Part shown: piece by piece, positions 26,813 through 32,000 of the stretch
Position numbering within the stretch: position 1 is the first letter of the stretch
Layout of the letters: every line of letters starts with the position of its first letter
Notes under the pieces: model-generated
The model's input: the letters and a program-made list of their open reading frames with translations, nothing else
What the model was told of the DNA's origin: nothing
The model's database searches: none
Source of the DNA: Candidatus Helarchaeota ASGARD archaeon Hel_GB_B
Lineage (GTDB): Archaea; Asgardarchaeota; Lokiarchaeia; Helarchaeales; HEL-GB-B
Assembly (NCBI GenBank): GCA_005191425.1
Contig: SUPR01000001.1
Location: 1-32,000 of the forward strand
Direction: 5' to 3'
Length of the DNA stretch: 32,000 nt
Made by a program: the position numbers and the translations under genes

Positions 26813-27658
26813 TTAATATGATGAACTACTTTTTAGAAATGAATAACTGGAACGTTTTGCAAGGTTCTCCAAATCTTGTTCTTTTTTTATTAAAGTTCCA
26901 ATAAAAGGTACATTCTCTTTAAGGTCTTTCTCTGTTAAACCTGCTTTTATCAAGACCCCAAGCCAATCAATAAGCTCTGAGGTGCTGGGTTTCTTTCGTA
27001 AGTAAGGCACTTTTCTTAACTCGTAAAATTTGTCCATTGCATTCCATAATAGCGTTTTTTTGATGTTTGGATGGTGCACATAAATAATTTTTTCCATTAA
27101 CTCTGGATCCGGAAATTCGATATAATGAAAAATACATCTCCTCAAAAATGCATCAGGTAATTCTTTTTCAGCATTGGATGTGATAATCACGATTGGTCTA
27201 TGCTTGGCTTTAATAATTTCATCAGTCTCCATAATATGAAATGACATTTCATCAAGTTCATTTAATAAATCATTAGGAAATTCTATATCAGCTTTGTCAA
27301 TTTCGTCTATCAATAAGACAACTTGTTCATCACTTGTAAATGCTTCACCTAACTTACCTAATCGTATATAATTCTTGATATTCGATACATCTTTATCTCC
27401 AAATCGACTATCATAAAGCCTCTGGACAGTATCATATATGTAAAGTCCATCTTTTGCTTTTGTTGTACTTTTAATATTCCAAACAATTAGTCGTTTACCT
27501 AAAGCTTTAGCTATTGAATGAGCTAATAAAGTTTTACCAGTACCAGGTTCTCCTCTTATTAATAATGGACGCTCAAGGGCTATCGCTACATTAACAATAT
27601 TCTTTAATTGCTCACTTACGATATAATCATCAGATCCAAAATATTTCTCAAAATTCAT
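26813..27658 (-). CDS. MoxR-family AAA+ ATPase
   Basis: RPLLIRGEPGTGKT (Walker A), VLLIDEIDKADIEFPNDLL (Walker B), IITSNAEKELPDAFLRRC, RKKPSTSELIDW. Confidence 0.92.
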   Translation of the reverse strand: MNFEKYFGSDDYIVSEQLKNIVNVAIALERPLLIRGEPGTGKTLLAHSIAKALGKRLIVWNIKSTTKAKDGLYIYDTVQRLYDSRFGDKDVSNIKNYIRLGKLGEAFTSDEQVVLLIDEIDKADIEFPNDLLNELDEMSFHIMETDEIIKAKHRPIVIITSNAEKELPDAFLRRCIFHYIEFPDPELMEKIIYVHHPNIKKTLLWNAMDKFYELRKVPYLRKKPSTSELIDWLGVLIKAGLTEKDLKENVPFIGTLIKKEQDLENLAKRSSYSFLKSSSSY

Positions 27659-27849
27659 TTTGTTTCCCGATTACTTTCATTCTTTTTTTTTATCGCTCTA
27701 AACAAAAATATGTAGACTATTAAAATTATTGGTGATCAATTTTAAATCATAATCTAAAAATTATTTATTAAATTTTTTAATTCCAATTTTTTAAATAATT
27801 AGAGTTTATTTATTTTCCTTAGCTTGAAAATAGAAAAATAATTTTTTAT

Positions 27850-28322
27850 TTATTCCATATGAATAGATTTCGGAATGACCCCAAGCATTTCTATCTTGCC
27901 TTTCTTTAATCTGAATATTTGATTTGGAGATTTTCTTAACTTCTTACTACCTTGTCCAAATATATTTTGCTTGATTATTATACTTCTTAATATTAACTTT
28001 TAAGATCTTTCTTCAATTATTTAATAAAGTTAGTATTAATTGTATTTTTTAGCATATCTAATTGATGTTTTAAACTTCTTTGGGTTAAATTATTTTGGTA
28101 ACAGGATTAAATTTTTGGAGTTGTATATATTATCTGTTTAATTAAACATAAGTAATTTTTTTAATATATATTTGGGAATTGCTCTTTTGATTTCCTCAAT
28201 TAGGTCTATGAACTGGCTAATAAGGTCAGAAATTGATTTTTCAAGTGCATTTATTTCCAAATCGAACTATTCCTCTTTGGATATTTTTATTAAATCAACA
28301 AGTTTAATTTATATGTTATTCA
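27850..28322 (-). pseudogene. Possible degraded continuation of the 139-aa ORF
   Basis: Protein-like helical segments separated by stops and frame changes, e.g. FDLEINALEKSISDLISQFIDLIEEIKRAIPKYILKKLLMFN* and QRSLKHQLDMLKNTINTNFIK*. Confidence 0.3.
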
Positions 28323-28742
28323 CTAAAAGACAATTTGGGGTGTGAAATAACGAATATATTGAATTTCTTTTTTATTATTTATTTTAGAAATAGTGTTTAT
28401 TAGTTTAATCAATTTGGTTTCGGCATTTTCTAAGAATTCTTGATTAAAATTCTCTTTTAATTCTATTGTAGTTATAATCGTATCGATTATATTAAGATAA
28501 CTATCAATATCTTTGATTTCGTTTTGAATTAGATTAATTATATCTAAATATTTATTATGATTATTTTTAATTTGTGAATTCATTTTCTTAAGTTTTTGAA
28601 ATTTTTTATGATTAAATTCTATTTTTTTTAAGAATGCATTAATAATAAACAATCCCGTTGTAAACATTTCGGATATATTTCCTAACAAGAGTAATTTTCT
28701 TTCCAATTCGATCGGATCGTTTTTTTCATTTTCTAAGATCAT
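28323..28742 (-). CDS. Hypothetical alpha-helical protein (139 aa), possibly the 5' fragment of a longer decayed gene
   Basis: ATG preceded by AAGGTGG; helical, charged composition; no recognisable motif. Confidence 0.5.
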   Translation of the reverse strand: MILENEKNDPIELERKLLLLGNISEMFTTGLFIINAFLKKIEFNHKKFQKLKKMNSQIKNNHNKYLDIINLIQNEIKDIDSYLNIIDTIITTIELKENFNQEFLENAETKLIKLINTISKINNKKEIQYIRYFTPQIVF

Positions 28743-29506
28743 AAATTAGACCACCTTAATTTATCACTCCTTCTCTTTAACATTTTAATTATTTAAAAAT
28801 AATATTATTAAATTCATTAGTAAAACCATTTTAAATAAGGTTTCTTTTATAATCTATGCTATATTATATAGTTAAACCTATAAAAAATCCACAATAAATA
28901 ATTTTTGGTAGTAATATCATTTTTTTTTAGATGGAGTATTATTAAAAAGAATAAATAGTTTTATTTTATAAAAAATAACAAAAAGATAGGCCGATTAAAT
29001 TTCCATTTTCTCTAAAAGTTTTTGTCGGGGTTCTCTATCTAACTAATTAAAATAATGGATGTAATAACAGGCCAAACTATTTTTAGAACTAAAGAGAGAT
29101 ATCTTGGTAGAAGGTTGGTGAGTAAATAGTATGTATAAAAAGAAATGCGAATAATATTATAGTATGTATAATAATTTGGGTGGAAATATGAGTTATCAAT
29201 ACGAAATTACTGGATGTTTTTAATATAAAATATATTATTATGCATATCTACTCACATAATATATAAAATTCAAAAGATTTTCGCCAGTATATTTTTTAAA
29301 AATATAGAAAAAGGAAAATGAGTGTGTTATTACCGGAGTGTCAGATCTCGGTAACTCAGTTTCTCGCAAACTTTTCAGATAATAATAGATTAAAAAGTCC
29401 CACTTTATTTTGGATATCAATTTTCTTTAAATAATCAAATAAAAAATTTTGAGATATGCAAAATTTAAAAATTTAATTTCAACGAAATTTAATTAAGGTG
29501 TAAAAA

Positions 29507-30772
29507 TTGTATAATCGACATTCTTCAAAAACAATAATAGGAGCAGATAGTGAAATTTTGAAGGGTAAGAAAATTGCTTTATGCATAACAGGTTCGGTAG
29601 CAGCTATGCAGACACCAATTATAGCAAGAAATTTAATGAGATATGGTGCAGAAGTTTTTCCTGTAATGACTAAAGCGGCAACTGAATTAATTAATCCAAA
29701 TACACTACAATGGGCTACTGGAAATGAAGTTATTACTAAACTTACTGGAAGAGTTGAGCATATTACTCTTGCAGGAGATGAAATTGGTCATGTTGATATT
29801 ATCTTGGTCTGTCCTGCTACTGCCAATACAATTAGTAAAATTGCGTGCGGAATTGATGATACACCAGTTACTACTGTGGTTACTACTGCATTTGGAACTG
29901 GAATTCCAATTATTATTGTCCCTGCAATGCATGAAACAATGTATAACCACCCAATAGTTATGAAAAACATTAAAGAATTAGAAAAATATGGTGTTAAATT
30001 CGTCGGTCCTAGAGTTGAAGAGAAAAAGGCAAAACTTGCTAAAGTAGACGAAATTGTCAATACTGTGATTAAAGAATTAACTACAAAATCACAAGATTTA
30101 AAGGGACTTAAATTTCTCATAACAACTGGCCCTACAAGAGAATATATTGATGCGATTAGATATATTAGTAATCCATCAAGTGGTAAAATGGGATTAGAAA
30201 TTGCTATTAATGCAAAAAATAGAGGTGCAGATGTAACTCTTATTTATGGTGAAGGTACTACTGTAGATATTCCGTCATATTTTGAAACAATTAAAGTCAC
30301 TTCTACTGAAGATCTTTCTAATGCTATTTGTAATGAATTAGAAAAAAAACATTACGATGTTTTTATTTGCGCAGCAGCTATTAGTGACTTTACTGCAGTA
30401 AATAAATTAGACGAGAAAATCTCCTCAACGACCCCTGAACTATTAGTAAAATTAAAGCCAACGCCTAAATGTATTGATAGAGCCCGAGAGGTAGATAAAA
30501 ATATATATATATGTGGATTTAAAGCAGAATATCGAGTTTCTGAAGAAGAATTGGTCCAAAGAGCAAGAACAAAAATGAATGAAGCAAACATTAATTTAAT
30601 GGTAGCTAATGATGTCGGAAAAGAAAAAAGAGGATTTAACACTGAAACTAATGAAGTCTTTTTAGTTTCAAATGATACTGTTGTCCATCTACCATTAGAA
30701 AACAAAAAGAAAATAGCTTCCAAAATTATTGATCATATTATTGATGATTTAAATGCTAAGAAGGAAAATTAA
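29507..30772 (+). CDS. coaBC: Bifunctional phosphopantothenoylcysteine decarboxylase / phosphopantothenate--cysteine ligase
   Basis: ITGSVAA, LTGRVEHITL, CPATANTISKIACGIDDT, PAMHETMY, TTGPTREYIDAIRYISNPSSGKMG, AAISDF, GFKAE, VAND. TTG start after AAGGTG. Confidence 0.95.
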   Translation: MYNRHSSKTIIGADSEILKGKKIALCITGSVAAMQTPIIARNLMRYGAEVFPVMTKAATELINPNTLQWATGNEVITKLTGRVEHITLAGDEIGHVDIILVCPATANTISKIACGIDDTPVTTVVTTAFGTGIPIIIVPAMHETMYNHPIVMKNIKELEKYGVKFVGPRVEEKKAKLAKVDEIVNTVIKELTTKSQDLKGLKFLITTGPTREYIDAIRYISNPSSGKMGLEIAINAKNRGADVTLIYGEGTTVDIPSYFETIKVTSTEDLSNAICNELEKKHYDVFICAAAISDFTAVNKLDEKISSTTPELLVKLKPTPKCIDRAREVDKNIYICGFKAEYRVSEEELVQRARTKMNEANINLMVANDVGKEKRGFNTETNEVFLVSNDTVVHLPLENKKKIASKIIDHIIDDLNAKKEN

Positions 30773-31592
30773 ATTTAATTAATATTTTAGTTTCTATTTT
30801 AAATTTAAAAAGTGAATATATGTTAATAAAATAAATAATAATTCCCGTAGATTTTAATTTATTATTATTTAATTTTTTTCTCTATAAGATTTTTTCTCTA
30901 AAAATTTTAAAAATAAGTAATTTTGAGTGAATCTTCTTAAATTATTCTAATTTCTTTATTCCAATTCATATTATGGCAAAAAATCTTTATTATAAACTTT
31001 TTATTCCATTTTTTTAACCAAAATACGAAAATTACATTTGAACATTCTTGAGTAGGCGCCCCCTATTATTTGTAAATATTTACCCAACATCAGTAATTAA
31101 TTTTAAATCAAAAAGAGCACTACAACGCATTTTTTTCCATTTTGGTTTTATTTCCAATCTTGACTTATTTAAAACTTTTTGAAACTTTAATTTTCTTCTT
31201 ATTTTTAAGTATTTAGAAAAACTTTTTATTTATTTTCTTTTCCTATAAAACAATTACAATTGATTTGATCTATTTTACAAGTTGAGTTTTTGTCGGTAAT
31301 GGATTTTATTCATTGAAAAATTTTTTATTATAAAATAAAAAGATTTAAAAAGAAAGATTAGAGAATAAGTAAATTATGATTAAATAGATCGATTTTCGAT
31401 ATATTATAATCATTAATTTATCCCTAATCACCCATAATATAGATCAATATTATTATCACAATTAATTATTAAAAATATAATTGTATGAAATTAATTAGGA
31501 GTTTAAATATCATCTAAACCGTAGAGATATTAATTAGCTAAATTAATACCCCATCGCTCCTAATTGACTATATTTAAAGATGTGGAATAAAA

Positions 31593-32000
31593 TTGGCACA
31601 AGTTGAAGTTATCACGAAAGATGTTATAATAGATGTACTGACAAATAACTGGCTAACAAAGCCAGAATTATTTAAAAAACTTCCACCGATAAGAGAACAG
31701 AGTACTGTAAAAGTTATTAATGATTATTTAGATACATTAACCCAAAAAGGAATTGTTACAAAAAAAATAATAAAAGGTAGAATTTGTTTTGGAATTTTTA
31801 AAGAAAAAGGGAACGAACCACATCTTAAACAAACAAAATTGGACCAAATAATGCCTAAAGACCGGCAAATTAAAAAGACGGAGTCAAGAGTAAAAATAGG
31901 AAAAACTGTTTACACAAAAACAGTACCAAAGACAAAAGTAACTAAATCCAATAAAAAGACTTCAAATAAAATAAAAAAATCTGTGGATAATACTCAACTT
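31593..32000 (+). CDS. Hypothetical protein, 3'-partial: N-terminal winged-helix-like domain plus Lys/Thr-rich region
   Basis: Not in the track. Open from TTG 31593 to the window end (136 codons): MAQVEVITKDVIIDVLTNNWLTKPELFKKL...VINDYLDTLTQKGIVTKKIIKGRICFGI...KTVPKTKVTKSNKK. Confidence 0.65.
   Translation, partial: MAQVEVITKDVIIDVLTNNWLTKPELFKKLPPIREQSTVKVINDYLDTLTQKGIVTKKIIKGRICFGIFKEKGNEPHLKQTKLDQIMPKDRQIKKTESRVKIGKTVYTKTVPKTKVTKSNKKTSNKIKKSVDNTQL

Noticed and set aside
27850-29240. Stop-codon readthrough (Sec/Pyl or alternative code) to explain the interrupted frames
   Set aside because: Interruptions mix TAA, TAG and frame changes, and all other genes use the standard code cleanly.
29238-29420. 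60-aa minus-strand ORF
   Set aside because: No start context or motif; at most part of the decayed region.
7445-30723. Short track ORFs nested in or antisense to clear genes (7445, 7795, 9590, 9938, 13037, 13380, 14069, 18221, 19542, 21329, 21345, 22457, 24320, 26246, 29705, 29724, 29788, 30352)
   Set aside because: Fully overlap well-supported CDSs and show no recognisable motifs; treated as shadow frames.
30780-31590. Lys-rich minus-strand fragments in the coaBC downstream region
   Set aside because: Many stops and no start context; indistinguishable from AT-rich noise.
1-32000. CRISPR array, rRNA or tRNA genes
   Set aside because: No regularly spaced DNA repeats and no GC-rich structured RNA-like segments were recognised in any intergenic region; this was a manual scan only.

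Overview
Very AT-rich archaeal window, most likely from an Asgard archaeon (Lokiarchaeia/Helarchaeales-like). The basis is a Rab-like GTPase with RabF motifs, a longin-like/winged-helix protein, UPF0147, AfpA and an archaeal CoaBC; this is inference from gene content, not a database result. Left to right: (1) a minus-strand membrane operon (8228 to beyond position 1) with two MacB/FtsX-type permeases. The last permease is a >=1249-codon ORF missing from the ORF track, carrying 11 tandem ~80-aa beta-sandwich repeats with about 50 N-glycosylation sequons. (2) A divergent sugar-nucleotide cluster: RfbE-like epimerase, GalU, GT4. (3) Coiled-coil/Zn-ribbon, longin-like+2x wHTH and ATP-grasp genes, an RNase Z-family hydrolase and UPF0147. 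(4) A XerA-like tyrosine recombinase with a CxxCxxxCxxC insertion and a dif-like site (10-bp perfect arms, 6-bp spacer) about 30 bp upstream of its start. (5) Rab-like GTPase with helical and Zn-ribbon tail, sfsA, afpA. (6) A thiolase next to a catalytically dead HMG-CoA-synthase-like/DUF35 fusion. (7) ugd, a MoxR/VWA pair, a decayed-looking 1.8-kb region, coaBC and a partial wHTH gene. No rRNA, tRNA or CRISPR array was recognised. The strongest candidates for undescribed systems are the repeat-bearing double-permease operon and the self-contained Xer/dif-like module.
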